DNA of 8,374 nucleotides from a virus. Taxonomy: Duplodnaviria > Heunggongvirae > Uroviricota > Caudoviricetes. The notes under the pieces were generated by a model. That model was not told the DNA's origin, ran no database searches, and saw only the letters and a list, made by a program, of their open reading frames with translations. Where the stretch lies: IMG/VR virus record IMGVR_UViG_2548876950_000002; one strand, written 5' to 3'. Below are positions 8,325 to 8,374 of this stretch, piece by piece (position 1 is the first letter of the stretch; each line of letters begins with the position of its first letter). Both the position numbers and the translations under genes were made by a program.

Positions 8325-8374
8325 ACCGCCCCGGAAATCCTGGAGACTAAACTCCCTGAGAAAGAGGTAAACAG
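8322..8374 (+). mobile_element. Left end (terminal inverted repeat plus leader) of an IS3-family insertion sequence, IS629/IS1203/IS3411-like; partial, continues beyond the window
   Basis: The sequence TGAACCGCCCCGGAAATCCTGGAGACTAAACTCCCTGAGAAAGAGGTAAACAG begins with the 5'-TG typical of IS3-family ends. From memory it matches, with one or two mismatches, the left end of IS629-group elements. AAGAGG at 8362-8367 is placed to drive an orfA start just beyond the window. Needle-gene homology stops exactly at this point. Confidence 0.6.

Noticed and set aside
1-8374. Search for CRISPR repeats, tRNA/tmRNA genes, or att-like direct repeats
   Set aside because: I found no regularly spaced direct repeats, no cloverleaf-compatible segments in the two small non-coding gaps, and no long direct repeats by eye. 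Coding density leaves no room for them.

Overview
This window is the late (virion morphogenesis) operon of a P22-like enterobacterial podophage or prophage, with every gene on the + strand. In order: the 3' end of the small terminase gene, large terminase, portal, scaffold, major coat protein, a small ORF, a gp4-like head-completion protein, a gp10-like tail hub protein, and the first 29 codons of the tail-needle gene. The needle gene is cut off at 8322 by what I recognise from memory as the left end of an IS3-family insertion sequence (IS629/IS1203/IS3411-like), which runs off the window end. Genes are tightly packed with overlapping or closely spaced start/stop codons; the only sizeable non-coding stretches are 3880-3969 and 6136-6176, the latter holding a clean terminator-like hairpin. 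I found no tRNA, rRNA or CRISPR array. I do not see a convincing novel system inside the window; the most interesting items are the IS-disrupted needle gene (implying a defective prophage and possible cargo just downstream), the hairpin after the coat gene, and the unusually acidic N-terminus of the scaffold. All homology statements are from memory of the P22 family and are not database-verified.
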